This document shows positions 51,032-63,962 of a stretch of 64,000 nt of DNA, one piece after another. Below the pieces are notes generated by a model. That model made no database searches and had not been told where the DNA came from. It saw only the letters and a program-made list of their open reading frames with translations. The position numbers and the translations under genes were made by a program. This stretch comes from Escherichia coli (GTDB lineage: Bacteria > Pseudomonadota > Gammaproteobacteria > Enterobacterales > Enterobacteriaceae), in NCBI RefSeq assembly GCF_046105845.1, contig NZ_CP151004.1; one strand, 5' to 3'. How positions within the stretch are numbered: the first letter of the stretch is position 1; each line of letters opens with the position of its first letter.

Positions 51032-51197
51032 AGTGATGTCGACAGTTTGAGCAATAAGAAAGAGAAGCAGTATAGCGTCAGGTGAACGCTGCTCCAACCG
51101 TTGCATAACAACAAAGACGCCTTCATGTTATACTGCGGCAAAATACTGATGATGTGTCGCGATTGCGGCCAACCGTTTCCACCCCAGGCGAGAGACA

Positions 51198-52559
51198 ATG
51201 TTTGATAATTTAACCGATCGTTTGTCGCGCACGCTGCGCAATATCAGTGGCCGTGGACGCCTCACTGAAGACAACGTAAAAGATACGCTGCGCGAAGTGC
51301 GCATGGCGCTGCTGGAGGCGGACGTCGCTCTGCCGGTAGTGCGTGAGTTTATCAATCGCGTAAAAGAGAAAGCGGTTGGTCATGAAGTTAATAAGAGCCT
51401 GACGCCGGGGCAGGAGTTCGTCAAAATCGTCCGTAACGAACTGGTTGCGGCGATGGGCGAAGAGAACCAGACCCTGAACCTGGCTGCGCAACCGCCTGCA
51501 GTCGTGCTGATGGCGGGCCTGCAAGGTGCCGGTAAAACAACCAGCGTTGGTAAACTCGGTAAGTTCCTGCGCGAGAAGCACAAGAAGAAAGTGCTGGTGG
51601 TTTCCGCCGACGTTTATCGCCCGGCGGCAATCAAACAGCTTGAGACGCTGGCAGAGCAGGTGGGCGTTGATTTCTTCCCTTCTGATGTTGGTCAGAAGCC
51701 GGTAGATATCGTTAACGCGGCGCTGAAAGAAGCCAAACTGAAATTCTACGACGTGCTGCTGGTGGATACCGCTGGTCGTCTGCACGTTGACGAAGCGATG
51801 ATGGATGAGATCAAACAAGTCCATGCGTCGATTAATCCGGTTGAAACCCTGTTTGTGGTTGACGCCATGACCGGTCAGGATGCGGCCAATACGGCAAAAG
51901 CATTCAATGAAGCGTTACCGCTTACCGGTGTAGTCTTGACCAAAGTGGACGGCGATGCCCGCGGCGGTGCGGCGCTCTCTATTCGTCACATCACTGGCAA
52001 ACCGATCAAGTTCCTCGGTGTTGGCGAGAAAACTGAGGCGCTGGAGCCGTTCCATCCTGACCGCATCGCGTCGCGTATTCTCGGCATGGGCGACGTACTG
52101 TCACTGATCGAAGATATCGAAAGCAAAGTTGACCGCGCGCAGGCAGAGAAATTAGCCAGCAAGCTGAAAAAAGGCGACGGCTTCGATCTCAACGACTTTC
52201 TTGAGCAGCTGCGCCAGATGAAAAATATGGGCGGCATGGCTAGCCTGATGGGCAAGCTGCCGGGCATGGGGCAGATCCCGGATAACGTCAAGTCGCAGAT
52301 GGACGATAAAGTGTTGGTGCGTATGGAAGCCATCATCAACTCGATGACGATGAAAGAGCGCGCTAAGCCAGAAATCATCAAAGGTTCGCGTAAGCGTCGT
52401 ATCGCCGCCGGTTGCGGGATGCAGGTACAGGACGTTAACCGCCTTCTGAAGCAGTTCGACGACATGCAGCGCATGATGAAGAAAATGAAGAAGGGCGGAA
52501 TGGCGAAGATGATGAGAAGCATGAAGGGTATGATGCCGCCGGGATTTCCTGGTCGCTAA
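51198..52559 (+). CDS. ffh: Signal recognition particle protein Ffh
   Basis: 453-aa ORF with SRP54 GTPase motifs and Met-rich C-terminus. Confidence 0.97.
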   Translation: MFDNLTDRLSRTLRNISGRGRLTEDNVKDTLREVRMALLEADVALPVVREFINRVKEKAVGHEVNKSLTPGQEFVKIVRNELVAAMGEENQTLNLAAQPPAVVLMAGLQGAGKTTSVGKLGKFLREKHKKKVLVVSADVYRPAAIKQLETLAEQVGVDFFPSDVGQKPVDIVNAALKEAKLKFYDVLLVDTAGRLHVDEAMMDEIKQVHASINPVETLFVVDAMTGQDAANTAKAFNEALPLTGVVLTKVDGDARGGAALSIRHITGKPIKFLGVGEKTEALEPFHPDRIASRILGMGDVLSLIEDIESKVDRAQAEKLASKLKKGDGFDLNDFLEQLRQMKNMGGMASLMGKLPGMGQIPDNVKSQMDDKVLVRMEAIINSMTMKERAKPEIIKGSRKRRIAAGCGMQVQDVNRLLKQFDDMQRMMKKMKKGGMAKMMRSMKGMMPPGFPGR

Positions 52560-52729
52560 TCGGCCTGGCTTGTTTGCCATTTTGGCACCGGGGTGTGCTC
52601 GTCATCCTCACGTACTGCGTGTACACTCCGGTGACTGCGCGCACTCCGGCACCAAACTGGTTGCACCGCCGACGGCCTTTTACAGCAGAGTTAGCAACTG
52701 TTGATTGCAATTTCCGCAAAAATGAGTAA

Positions 52730-53056
<327 letters not shown>

Positions 53057-53074
53057 TCTGTCACGGTGGTCATG

Positions 53075-53623
53075 ATGAGCAAACAACTCACCGCGCAAGC
53101 ACCTGTTGATCCCATCGTTTTGGGAAAAATGGGTTCGTCTTACGGTATTCGTGGGTGGCTCAGAGTGTTTTCTTCCACCGAAGACGCCGAAAGCATTTTT
53201 GACTATCAGCCCTGGTTTATCCAGAAGGCGGGTCAGTGGCAGCAAGTCCAGCTGGAAAGCTGGAAGCACCACAATCAGGACATGATCATCAAGCTGAAAG
53301 GCGTTGACGATCGTGATGCGGCGAACCTGCTGACGAATTGTGAAATTGTCGTAGATTCATCGCAGCTGCCTCAGCTTGAAGAGGGTGACTACTACTGGAA
53401 AGACCTGATGGGCTGCCAGGTAGTAACCACTGAAGGCTACGATCTCGGTAAAGTCGTCGATATGATGGAAACCGGATCTAATGATGTTCTCGTCATTAAG
53501 GCAAACCTGAAAGATGCGTTTGGTATCAAGGAACGTCTCGTACCGTTCCTCGATGGGCAGGTTATCAAGAAAGTCGATCTCACTACTCGTTCAATCGAAG
53601 TAGATTGGGATCCTGGTTTTTAA
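53075..53623 (+). CDS. rimM: Ribosome maturation factor RimM
   Basis: [32 protein letters not shown]…; start ATG 53075. Confidence 0.96.
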
Positions 53624-53653
53624 ACCACCGGATAAACGGTAAAAGACGGCGCT

Positions 53654-54421
53654 ATGTGGATTGGCATAATTAGCCTGTTTCCTGAAATGTTCCGCGCAAT
53701 TACCGATTACGGGGTAACTGGCCGGGCAGTTAAAAATGGCCTGCTGAGCATCCAGAGCTGGAGTCCTCGCGACTTCACGCATGACCGGCACCGTACCGTG
53801 GACGATCGTCCTTACGGCGGCGGACCGGGGATGTTAATGATGGTGCAACCCTTGCGGGACGCCATTCATGCAGCAAAAGCCGCGGCGGGTGAAGGCGCAA
53901 AGGTGATTTATCTGTCACCACAGGGACGCAAGCTTGATCAAGCGGGCGTCAGCGAACTGGCAACGAATCAAAAATTGATTCTGGTGTGCGGTCGCTACGA
54001 AGGTATAGATGAGCGCGTGATCCAAACCGAAATTGACGAAGAATGGTCAATCGGCGATTACGTTCTCAGTGGTGGTGAGTTACCAGCAATGACGCTGATT
54101 GACTCCGTTTCCCGGTTTATTCCGGGAGTACTGGGACATGAAGCCTCAGCAACGGAAGATTCCTTTGCTGAAGGATTGCTGGATTGCCCGCACTATACGC
54201 GGCCTGAGGTGTTAGAAGGGATGGAAGTTCCGCCAGTGTTACTGTCGGGCAACCATGCCGAGATACGTCGCTGGCGTTTGAAACAGTCGCTGGGCCGTAC
54301 CTGGCTTAGAAGACCTGAACTTCTGGAAAACCTGGCTCTGACTGAAGAGCAAGCAAGGTTGCTGGCGGAGTTCAAAACGGAACACGCACAACAGCAACAT
54401 AAACATGATGGGATGGCGTAA
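53654..54421 (+). CDS. trmD: tRNA (guanine37-N1)-methyltransferase TrmD
   Basis: 255-aa [34 protein letters not shown]…. Confidence 0.97.
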
Positions 54422-54459
54422 GCCCCCGAGATATCAGTTTACCCAGGATAAGAGATTAA

Positions 54460-54810
<351 letters not shown>

Positions 54811-54837
54811 GGTTTCGCTTAAGCGACATCCTGTTAA

Positions 54838-54870
54838 GAAGGGCTGGCCAATTGGCTGGCCCTTTTTTTA
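54838..54870 (+). terminator. Rho-independent terminator after rplS
   Basis: gggctggccaattggctggccc hairpin followed by TTTTTTTA. Confidence 0.75.
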
Positions 54871-54886
54871 TCTGTTTGCTCGTGTT

Positions 54887-55369
54887 TTAAGGGGTAGTAA
54901 TCACCACTGCGACGCGGCGGTTCTCGGCGCGGCCCTGGGCGGTCTTGTTACTGGCTATGGGATATTTTTTTCCTAAACCCTGTGTGGTGAGATTGCTGCG
55001 CGGAATTTGTCCACCCATAGCCCATGCATCGGCCACGACATTCGCCCGTTTCAATGATAAGGCTTCGTTGTAACTGTCTTCACCATAGTTGTCGGTGTGT
55101 CCATCCATACGGGCATGCGTTAGCCCTGTCGAGGCCAATTTGGCTGCCATGGTTTGGATCTGTTGCTGGCTTTCCGGGAGCAATTTGTAGTCATTTTTTG
55201 CGAACAGAATGGCATCTGATAAGCCCAGCGACCAGTCGCCGGCGGATTCAGTAAATCCATAAGATTGCATAGCGGCGACTTGCTCAGGAGTAAACTTTCC
55301 CTGAGGGGACTGGCAGCCAGTCAGTATTAGCGAGGTGAAAATCAGGGGTACTACCAGGTGCTTTATCAT
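54887..55369 (-). CDS. yfiB: OmpA-family lipoprotein YfiB
   Basis: 160-aa ORF with lipobox LTGC and OmpA-like C-terminus. Confidence 0.94.
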   Translation of the reverse strand: MIKHLVVPLIFTSLILTGCQSPQGKFTPEQVAAMQSYGFTESAGDWSLGLSDAILFAKNDYKLLPESQQQIQTMAAKLASTGLTHARMDGHTDNYGEDSYNEALSLKRANVVADAWAMGGQIPRSNLTTQGLGKKYPIASNKTAQGRAENRRVAVVITTP

Positions 55370-55384
55370 ATCGATATATCCTTG

Positions 55385-56611
55385 TTATCTCACCAGCTTT
55401 TCGGCACGCTGGTGTTTGGCCTGATACATATTGTGATCGGCCAGCTCTTGTAATTTTTCCGCAGAGGCATGCTCAATGGTCATCGCGTAACCAATGCTTA
55501 ATGTCATGGTGGTCTGATGACCATTATGAAGATCAAACGGGCGATTAAAGATTTGTGTCAGTGCTGAGCAAATCCGCTGAACTTCGGATTCCGACTGTAC
55601 ACCAAAGAGGACCATCGCAAATTCATCGCCGCCTATGCGGTATGCTTTATGTTGCAGCCCGCCAAATTCAGCTAACCGTTTTGCTACCTCAATCAAGACA
55701 CGATCGCCCGTCGCATGACCCCAGGTATCATTGATATATTTGAAATTATCGCCATCAAGAAATAGTAACGCCGACGTTTTTCGGGCATCGGAATTGTTCA
55801 TCAACGTATTGATGCCGCTACGAAACGCTGCGCGGTTAGCCAGCCCGGTTAATGGGTCATGTAGCGCGGTACGCAGAAGCTGCGCATTTTTGGCCTGTAA
55901 ACGAAGCTGCCACTCTTCCATTTCATCCAGCAGACTGTTGAAGTCGAGAGCGAAGCGGTGAAACTCAGCGATACGTTCTTCCGAAACTCGTCGGGAAAAA
56001 TTGCGGTTGGAACGTACGTCATGCACGACATCGGTGATATTTTTCAATGCTTCCACCAGACCATTGTGCAAATGGCGGGTGAGGGTAATTGCGATGCCTG
56101 ATGCCAGCAGAATACAACCGGTCAGGACAGCGAGCGAAAACCAGATAAAATGGCTGATCGAGCTGTCGCGAGCGGTTAAGCGTACTTCGCCAATGGTTTC
56201 ACCATTGTGACGAATCGGCTGAATGATGGGGGCAGGGAAGAGCCAGTGGCTTATGAAATTACTGAAAGTATCGCCTGGATCCTTACGGGTGTAATGCCAG
56301 GATGCCAGAATATTTTGCTGCTTATCACGCACTTCTGCAGTTGAAAATTGCCCTTGCTGCCCCAGCGCCGCCAGTGTTTCAGTTGCTGCAGGGCCATCGG
56401 CAAAAACGACCGCTGCTTCCAGACTGTAAGTCATTGTTGCTGCTGTCAGTGCCAGGTTTTTTTGCGCGTACTGTTTCAGGGTCAGCACCGAGGTCACGGA
56501 AAGCAGCAACCAGATCAGCATCATAGTGATAAATATGCTGGTCATACTGATGTTGCGTAATGCTCTTTTAAACGTGGGGCGCTTATTAAGAGAATTATCG
56601 TTATCCATCAT
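55385..56611 (-). CDS. dgcN: Diguanylate cyclase DgcN (YfiN)
   Basis: 408-aa ORF with TM/HAMP region and GGDEF motif (RIGGDEF). Confidence 0.95.
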
Positions 56612-57119
56612 TTTTCTTCCGTGCGAGCATTAAGACATCCGGGTTGACCTTTACACCGCTACGCGATAAGGCATCCAGGTTTACGGCAAATCTTACGTCA
56701 TTATTGTGGATGATCAGACAAAAGGCGCTACCAATAATGCACTCGGTATTTTGTTCGGCAATTAATAATAACGCCTTTGACGGATATTGTTCGGTTAATT
56801 CCATCTGGAATGTCGGTGACTCGTTGCCAAAATAAAAACCATTGCAGCCTGAAATCATCGCCTCTTGTTGAGTGTGAATGATGACAGGCAGATAAGGCAA
56901 AGATGTCGCGGCATTCTCTTGTAGGGCGGTACTAAAACGTGAAGATGAAAAGATACATAACTTTGGTGGCCCTGATAGCGCAGGCCAGCGGGTGTAACTG
57001 ACAATACCGGAAACCATCATACGCACGTTTTTCGCAACGTCAGAAGGTTCCTGAGCGAGTATTGGTGCTCCCGTCAGCAGGAGAATCAGCAGTAAGAACA
57101 GTCGGTGAGAAAAACGCAT
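56601..57119 (-). CDS. yfiR: Periplasmic DgcN regulator YfiR
   Basis: 172-aa secreted ORF overlapping dgcN start. Confidence 0.93.
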
Positions 57120-57268
57120 TCAGGGATCCTCACCATCTTCGCTCGAAATGCATCGATATTTTTTCAGAATGCTCATTAAAATATCATTCTTTCATGCGGT
57201 CGTCATCAATGTGAGAAATAAAACACAATGAGTAAAATCTCATGCTTAATTTATTTGCGGGGGTTTAA

Positions 57269-57634
57269 TTAATTTAATCGTATTGTGCTGGCATTTTCAT
57301 CAGCCCCTTTTTGCCATACTTCATGCAGTTGGCTGGCATTTTCAACATTGTTGCAGCTGGCAGGAAAGCTTTTACCGGAAAGTCCTCGGGCATAAGTAAA
57401 ATCGGTCTGGCAAGTTTTCTTTTGTCCTTCGGCATATCCTTTAAGGTATAGACCGCGATCCGCCTGAGAATCGCTAAATGCATCGTCATCTTTTATGGCG
57501 CTGCCCGATATCGCATCTTCCATACCAACATCATACCAGTCGGTACTGGTCAAGGTTGGCGCGTGAGTATAAGGATCAATCTGACATCCGCTAACCAGTA
57601 AAGCCAACAAGGGGGCGATAAACTTTTTCATCAT
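57269..57634 (-). CDS. yfiL: Lipoprotein YfiL
   Basis: ORF 57269-57673; start trimmed to ATG 57634 (MMKKFIAPLLALLVSGCQ lipobox). Confidence 0.88.
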   Translation of the reverse strand: MMKKFIAPLLALLVSGCQIDPYTHAPTLTSTDWYDVGMEDAISGSAIKDDDAFSDSQADRGLYLKGYAEGQKKTCQTDFTYARGLSGKSFPASCNNVENASQLHEVWQKGADENASTIRLN

Positions 57635-57679
57635 TTCTTTCTCCTTTTTCAAAGCATAGCGGATTGTTTTCAAAGGTGG

Positions 57680-57749
57680 TGTAAATTTATTTATACAGTT
57701 ACAAGGGTTAAAAGCGCGAATAAATTGTTTATGTAAAGAAAAATGTACG
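57680..57749 (+). promoter_or_regulatory. TyrR boxes upstream of aroF
   Basis: TGTAAAtttattTATACA (57680-57697) and TGTAAAgaaaaaTGTACG (57732-57749) match the TGTAAA-N6-TTTACA consensus. Confidence 0.7.
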
Positions 57750-57843
57750 AAATATGGATTGAAAACTTTACTTTATGTGTTATCGTTACGTCATCCTCGC
57801 TGAGGATCAACTATCGCAAACGAGCATAAACAGGATCGCCATC

Positions 57844-58914
57844 ATGCAAAAAGACGCGCTGAATAACGTACATATTACCGACGAACAAGTTTTAATGACT
57901 CCGGAACAACTGAAGGCCGCTTTTCCATTAAGCCTGCAACAAGAAGCCCAGATTGCTGACTCGCGTAAAACCATTTCAGATATTATCGCCGGGCGCGATC
58001 CTCGTCTGCTGGTAGTATGTGGTCCTTGTTCCATTCATGATCCGGAAACTGCTCTGGAATATGCTCGTCGATTTAAAGCCCTTGCCGCAGAGGTCAGCGA
58101 TAGCCTCTATCTGGTAATGCGCGTCTATTTTGAAAAACCCCGTACCACTGTCGGTTGGAAAGGGTTGATTAACGATCCCCATATGGATGGCTCTTTTGAT
58201 GTAGAAGCCGGGCTGCAGATCGCGCGTAAATTGCTGCTTGAGCTGGTGAATATGGGACTGCCACTGGCGACGGAAGCGTTAGATCCAAATAGCCCGCAAT
58301 ACCTGGGCGATCTGTTTAGCTGGTCAGCAATTGGTGCTCGTACAACGGAATCGCAAACTCACCGTGAAATGGCCTCCGGGCTTTCCATGCCGGTTGGTTT
58401 TAAAAACGGCACCGATGGCAGTCTGGCAACGGCAATTAACGCTATGCGCGCCGCCGCCCAGCCGCACCGTTTTGTTGGCATTAACCAGGCAGGTCAGGTT
58501 GCGTTGCTACAAACTCAGGGGAATCCGGACGGACATGTGATCCTGCGCGGTGGTAAAGCGCCGAACTATAGCCCTGCGGATGTTGCGCAATGTGAAAAAG
58601 AGATGGAACAGGCGGGACTGCGCCCGTCTCTGATGGTAGATTGCAGCCACGGTAATTCCAATAAAGATTATCGCCGTCAGCCTGCGGTGGCAGAATCCGT
58701 GGTTGCTCAAATCAAAGATGGCAATCGCTCAATTATTGGTCTGATGATTGAAAGTAATATCCACGAAGGTAATCAGTCTTCCGAACAGCCGCGTAGCGAA
58801 ATGAAATACGGCGTGTCTGTAACCGATGCCTGCATTAGCTGGGAAATGACCGATGCCTTACTGCGTGAGATCCATCATGATCTCAACGGGCAGCTGACGG
58901 CGCGCGTGGCTTAA
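57844..58914 (+). CDS. aroF: Tyr-sensitive DAHP synthase AroF
   Basis: ORF 57775-58914; start ATG 57844 ([23 protein letters not shown]…). Confidence 0.96.
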   Translation: MQKDALNNVHITDEQVLMTPEQLKAAFPLSLQQEAQIADSRKTISDIIAGRDPRLLVVCGPCSIHDPETALEYARRFKALAAEVSDSLYLVMRVYFEKPRTTVGWKGLINDPHMDGSFDVEAGLQIARKLLLELVNMGLPLATEALDPNSPQYLGDLFSWSAIGARTTESQTHREMASGLSMPVGFKNGTDGSLATAINAMRAAAQPHRFVGINQAGQVALLQTQGNPDGHVILRGGKAPNYSPADVAQCEKEMEQAGLRPSLMVDCSHGNSNKDYRRQPAVAESVVAQIKDGNRSIIGLMIESNIHEGNQSSEQPRSEMKYGVSVTDACISWEMTDALLREIHHDLNGQLTARVA

Positions 58915-58924
58915 GAGGTTTATT

Positions 58925-60046
58925 ATGGTTGCTGAATTGACCGCATTACGCGATCAAATTGATGAAGTCGATAAAGCGCTGCTGAATTTATTAGCGAAGC
59001 GTCTGGAACTGGTTGCTGAAGTTGGCGAGGTGAAAAGCCGCTTTGGACTGCCTATTTATGTTCCGGAGCGCGAGGCATCTATGCTGGCCTCGCGGCGTGC
59101 AGAGGCGGAAGCTCTGGGTGTACCGCCAGATCTGATTGAGGATGTTTTGCGTCGGGTGATGCGTGAATCTTACTCCAGTGAAAACGATAAAGGATTTAAA
59201 ACGCTTTGTCCTGCGTTACGCCCGGTAGTTATCGTTGGTGGTGGCGGTCAGATGGGACGTCTGTTCGAGAAGATGCTGACACTCTCGGGTTATCAGGTGC
59301 GGATTCTGGAGCAACATGACTGGGATCGAGCGGCTGATATTGTTGCCGATGCCGGAATGGTGATTGTTAGTGTGCCCATCCACGTTACTGAACAAGTTAT
59401 TGGCAAATTACCGCCTTTACCGAAAGATTGTATTCTGGTCGATCTGGCATCGGTGAAAAATGGACCATTACAGGCCATGCTGGCGGCGCATGATGGTCCG
59501 GTGCTGGGGTTACACCCGATGTTCGGCCCGGACAGCGGTAGCCTGGCAAAGCAAGTTGTGGTCTGGTGTGATGGACGTAAGCCGGAAGCATACCAATGGT
59601 TTCTGGAGCAAATTCAGGTCTGGGGCGCTCGGCTGCATCGTATTAGCGCCGTCGAGCACGATCAGAATATGGCGTTTATTCAGGCTCTGCGCCACTTTGC
59701 TACTTTTGCTTATGGGCTGCACCTGGCAGAAGAAAATGTTCAGCTTGAGCAACTTCTGGCGCTCTCTTCGCCGATTTACCGCCTTGAACTGGCGATGGTT
59801 GGGCGACTGTTTGCTCAGGATCCGCAGCTTTATGCCGACATTATTATGTCGTCAGAGCGTAATCTGGCGTTAATCAAACGTTACTATAAGCGTTTCGGCG
59901 AGGCGATTGAGTTGCTGGAGCAGGGCGATAAGCAGGCGTTTATTGACAGTTTCCGCAAGGTGGAGCACTGGTTCGGCGATTACGCACAGCGTTTTCAGAG
60001 TGAAAGCCGCGTGTTATTGCGTCAGGCGAATGACAACCGCCACTAA
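58925..60046 (+). CDS. tyrA: Chorismate mutase / prephenate dehydrogenase TyrA
   Basis: 373-aa [33 protein letters not shown]…. Confidence 0.96.
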   Translation: MVAELTALRDQIDEVDKALLNLLAKRLELVAEVGEVKSRFGLPIYVPEREASMLASRRAEAEALGVPPDLIEDVLRRVMRESYSSENDKGFKTLCPALRPVVIVGGGGQMGRLFEKMLTLSGYQVRILEQHDWDRAADIVADAGMVIVSVPIHVTEQVIGKLPPLPKDCILVDLASVKNGPLQAMLAAHDGPVLGLHPMFGPDSGSLAKQVVVWCDGRKPEAYQWFLEQIQVWGARLHRISAVEHDQNMAFIQALRHFATFAYGLHLAEENVQLEQLLALSSPIYRLELAMVGRLFAQDPQLYADIIMSSERNLALIKRYYKRFGEAIELLEQGDKQAFIDSFRKVEHWFGDYAQRFQSESRVLLRQANDNRH

Positions 60047-60052
60047 TAATCC

Positions 60053-60087
60053 AGTGCCGGGTGATTCACATCATCCGGCACCTTTTC
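60053..60087. terminator. Bidirectional terminator between convergent tyrA and pheA
   Basis: gtgccgggtgattcacatcatccggcac hairpin flanked by T/A runs. Confidence 0.7.
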
Positions 60088-60088
60088 A

Positions 60089-61249
60089 TCAGGTTGGATC
60101 AACAGGCACTACGTTCTCACTTGGGTAACAGCCCAATACCTTCATCGAACGGGTGATGTCCCCTAACTCTTTCAATGCTTTTTGCATTTCCGCTGATTCC
60201 AGATTGGCCTGAATATCCAGATAAAACATCTCTTCCCATGGATTACCGTGAATCGGGCGTGACTCCAGACGGGTCATAATCAGATTGTGGTTGCGCAGTA
60301 CCAGCAACGCTTCAACCAGCGCACCAGCTTGTTGCCCGGTCGCCATTAACAACGTCGTTTTCGCTGGAACCTGGTCAGACACGTTAATGGCTTTACGTGC
60401 CAACACCACAAATCGGGTGAAGTTTTGTCGCTGATTCGCTTCAATACGCTCCAGTACCTGCAAACCGTACAAAGTGCCGCCAGCTTCGCTTCCCAACGCA
60501 GCAACATGCGGTGATTTTGCCTGTGCAACCTTTTCCATTGCTGCAGACGTACTTTCGGTATATTCAATCTTCCAGTGCGGATAACGATTAAGGAATTTGC
60601 TGCATTGCTGGAATGGCTGCGGATGGCTGTAGACCGTATTGATGGTGGATAAATCAGTAGTGCCGGAGACCAACAAACAATGGTCGATAGTTAACGTCAT
60701 CTCGCCAACAATCGACAAACTGGTATGTTGCAGCAGATCGTAAACGTCATTTATGGCACCGGAGCTGGTATTTTCAATCGGTACGACGGCATAGTCGGCC
60801 TGGCCGGTTTCCACCTGATTAAAAATATCGGCAAATTTGGCGCAGCCACTTTCAATGAATTGCTCAAAGTGACGGGCAGCATACTGGCGCGCCGCAAGAT
60901 GGGAATAAGAACCTTTAGGGCCGAGAAAAGCGATGCGTGCTGAGTGCGGATTAATTTTATTGAGATGTTGCTGGAGCAACGCCTGCTGAGTTAATACGGA
61001 ATCTTCAATAATGAGCTGGAACAGGCGAGTAATGTAATGGGCGTCCAGATGGTGCGCTTTACCGAGCGTAATTAATCTTTCCAGTAAATCGCGTTCACGA
61101 TCAATATCACGTACCGGGCGATGCGAGAGCAATTTGGCTTTTCCCACCTCGACGGCCAGTTCGCGCCGCTCTGCCAGTAATGCTAATAATTTTTCATCCA
61201 GCGCGCTGATTTTCTCTCGCAGCGCCAGTAATGGATTTTCCGATGTCAT
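60089..61249 (-). CDS. pheA: Chorismate mutase / prephenate dehydratase PheA
   Basis: 386-aa [39 protein letters not shown]…. Confidence 0.96.
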   Translation of the reverse strand: MTSENPLLALREKISALDEKLLALLAERRELAVEVGKAKLLSHRPVRDIDRERDLLERLITLGKAHHLDAHYITRLFQLIIEDSVLTQQALLQQHLNKINPHSARIAFLGPKGSYSHLAARQYAARHFEQFIESGCAKFADIFNQVETGQADYAVVPIENTSSGAINDVYDLLQHTSLSIVGEMTLTIDHCLLVSGTTDLSTINTVYSHPQPFQQCSKFLNRYPHWKIEYTESTSAAMEKVAQAKSPHVAALGSEAGGTLYGLQVLERIEANQRQNFTRFVVLARKAINVSDQVPAKTTLLMATGQQAGALVEALLVLRNHNLIMTRLESRPIHGNPWEEMFYLDIQANLESAEMQKALKELGDITRSMKVLGCYPSENVVPVDPT

Positions 61250-61261
61250 AGTGTTGCCTTT

Positions 61262-61347
61262 TTGTTATCAATAAAAAAGGCCCCCCGATTTGGGAGGCCT
61301 TATTGTTCGTCTTCGCATTCTGTTTCACACGACGAAACGCCTCCCAT
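61262..61347 (-). promoter_or_regulatory. pheA transcription attenuator (terminator hairpin plus T-run between pheL and pheA)
   Basis: Sense strand reads …AAGGCCTCCCAAATCGGGGGGCCTTTTTTATTG… immediately downstream of Phe-rich leader. Confidence 0.8.
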
Positions 61348-61395
61348 TCAGGGGAAGGTAAAAAAGAATGCGAAGAAAAACGGTGTGTGTTTCAT
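61348..61395 (-). CDS. pheL: pheA leader peptide PheL (MKHTPFFFAFFFTFP)
   Basis: Manual translation of minus strand: ATG AAA CAC ACA CCG TTT TTC TTC GCA TTC TTT TTT ACC TTC CCC TGA; 7 Phe in 15 codons. Confidence 0.9.
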   Translation of the reverse strand: MKHTPFFFAFFFTFP

Positions 61396-61498
61396 GTTTG
61401 TTTCCTTAAGTGACTTCAGTACAGTACCCGTACTGTTTTCACGCTGTCAACAAAAAACGCGCCCGAAGGCGCGTTGGCGATACACTCAATATAAAGGA

Positions 61499-61894
<396 letters not shown>

Positions 61895-62060
61895 TCAAAA
61901 TGTGTGATGGAAATCTCATAATTTTGTCACTTTTTGTCAACGAATCTTTTTTGTGAGAAATCGCAGGAAGAGGTGTTTTTTTACTTGAGGAATATCTCAA
62001 AGCGAGCCATATTTGATGAGATCGATAGTGACTAAATCGCTTCAGTTTCACAACTAACAG

Positions 62061-62092
62061 AATAAAAAAACGGCAGCTCAAGGCTGCCGTTT
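62061..62092 (-). terminator. Rho-independent terminator after bamD
   Basis: cggcagccttgagctgccg hairpin followed by TTTTTTTATTC on minus strand. Confidence 0.75.
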
Positions 62093-62109
62093 TGTGTTTC
62101 AGGTTTCTG

Positions 62110-62847
62110 TTATGTATTGCTGCTGTTTGCGGCGATGATTTTCGCTACTTTTTCAGCTTGCGCATTCATTTGCATCTGACGGTATGCATTTTCCATCAGC
62201 GGCAGCGCATCACGCGTAGCCTGGGTATCCGGGTAGTCGCGCAACATGCCTTCTACGCGGTTAACGACGGCAACCCATGCGCCACGTTCTGTATAGTACT
62301 CGGCAACGGAGTATTCATATTTCGCCAGACGATCTTTCAGGAATACCAGACGTTTGGTGGCATCGGTGGTGTACTGACTGTTCGGATAGCCGCGCACCAG
62401 TTTGGAAAAGTCACTAAACGCAGCTCGTGCATGTTGAGGATCGCGATCGCTACGATCGACGCCAAAGAACCCTTGCAGCGCACTGTCATCCAGCGCCATA
62501 TTGGTCAGGCCACGCATGTACATGACATAATCGATATTCGGATGGGTCGGGTTAAGGCGAATAAAACGATCGATGGCAGCCTGTGCTAACGGCAAATCGG
62601 CGTTTTTATAGTAGGCGTAGATGAGATCCAGCTGCACCTGCTGCGAATACGGACCAAACGGATAGCGATTATCTAACGCTTCCAGTTGCGTTATTGCCTG
62701 TCTCCAGTTACCGTCCTGCAGCTTTTGTTGTGCAGTCGCGTAAATTTCATTTGGCGGATTATCAGGTACTTCTTCCTTTGACCCCGAGCAACCCGCCAAA
62801 AACAGGCTTAGTGTGGCGGCTGCCACCAGATATTTCATGCGCGTCAT
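62110..62847 (-). CDS. bamD: Outer membrane assembly lipoprotein BamD (YfiO)
   Basis: 245-aa [29 protein letters not shown]… TPR-like. Confidence 0.96.
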
Positions 62848-62981
62848 GACGTTTTGACTTTCCTCAAAATGTAATACGGGAGATTCTCTGTTCCTGCTCC
62901 CGGTTAAGACCAGCTACAATAGCACACTATATTAAACGGCAAAGCCGTAAAACCCCAACGATAAACGAAGAAGCAGTATAT

Positions 62982-63962
62982 ATGGCACAACGAGTACAGC
63001 TCACTGCAACGGTGTCCGAAAACCAACTCGGTCAACGCTTAGATCAGGCTTTGGCCGAAATGTTCCCGGATTATTCACGTTCGCGAATAAAAGAATGGAT
63101 CCTCGACCAGCGCGTGCTGGTTAACGGCAAAGTTTGTGATAAGCCGAAAGAAAAAGTATTGGGTGGCGAGCAGGTGGCCATCAACGCTGAGATTGAAGAA
63201 GAAGCGCGTTTTGAACCGCAGGATATCCCGCTGGATATCGTCTATGAAGATGAAGATATCATCGTCATTAATAAACCACGCGACCTGGTGGTACATCCTG
63301 GCGCGGGTAACCCGGATGGTACGGTACTGAATGCGTTGCTTCATTACTATCCGCCCATTGCCGATGTACCGCGTGCGGGCATCGTCCATCGTCTGGATAA
63401 AGACACCACCGGCCTGATGGTTGTGGCAAAAACCGTTCCGGCTCAGACGCGTTTAGTCGAATCTTTGCAACGGCGTGAAATTACTCGTGAGTATGAAGCT
63501 GTCGCAATTGGTCATATGACCGCTGGCGGTACGGTGGATGAGCCAATCAGTCGCCACCCGACCAAACGTACTCACATGGCGGTGCATCCGATGGGCAAAC
63601 CAGCGGTGACTCACTATCGCATCATGGAACACTTCCGTGTGCACACGCGTCTGCGGTTGCGTCTGGAAACTGGACGTACGCACCAGATCCGCGTGCATAT
63701 GGCCCATATCACTCATCCGCTGGTGGGCGATCCGGTTTATGGTGGCCGTCCGCGTCCTCCAAAAGGTGCTTCGGAAGCGTTTATCTCCACGCTGCGTAAG
63801 TTTGACCGCCAGGCGCTTCATGCAACCATGCTGCGTCTTTATCACCCGATCTCCGGCATCGAAATGGAATGGCATGCGCCTATTCCACAAGATATGGTGG
63901 AGCTGATTGAGGTGATGCGCGCCGATTTCGAAGAGCATAAGGATGAAGTGGACTGGTTATGA
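62982..63962 (+). CDS. rluD: 23S rRNA pseudouridine synthase RluD
   Basis: 326-aa ORF with S4 domain and RluA-family catalytic core (HRLDKDTTG). Confidence 0.96.
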   Translation: MAQRVQLTATVSENQLGQRLDQALAEMFPDYSRSRIKEWILDQRVLVNGKVCDKPKEKVLGGEQVAINAEIEEEARFEPQDIPLDIVYEDEDIIVINKPRDLVVHPGAGNPDGTVLNALLHYYPPIADVPRAGIVHRLDKDTTGLMVVAKTVPAQTRLVESLQRREITREYEAVAIGHMTAGGTVDEPISRHPTKRTHMAVHPMGKPAVTHYRIMEHFRVHTRLRLRLETGRTHQIRVHMAHITHPLVGDPVYGGRPRPPKGASEAFISTLRKFDRQALHATMLRLYHPISGIEMEWHAPIPQDMVELIEVMRADFEEHKDEVDWL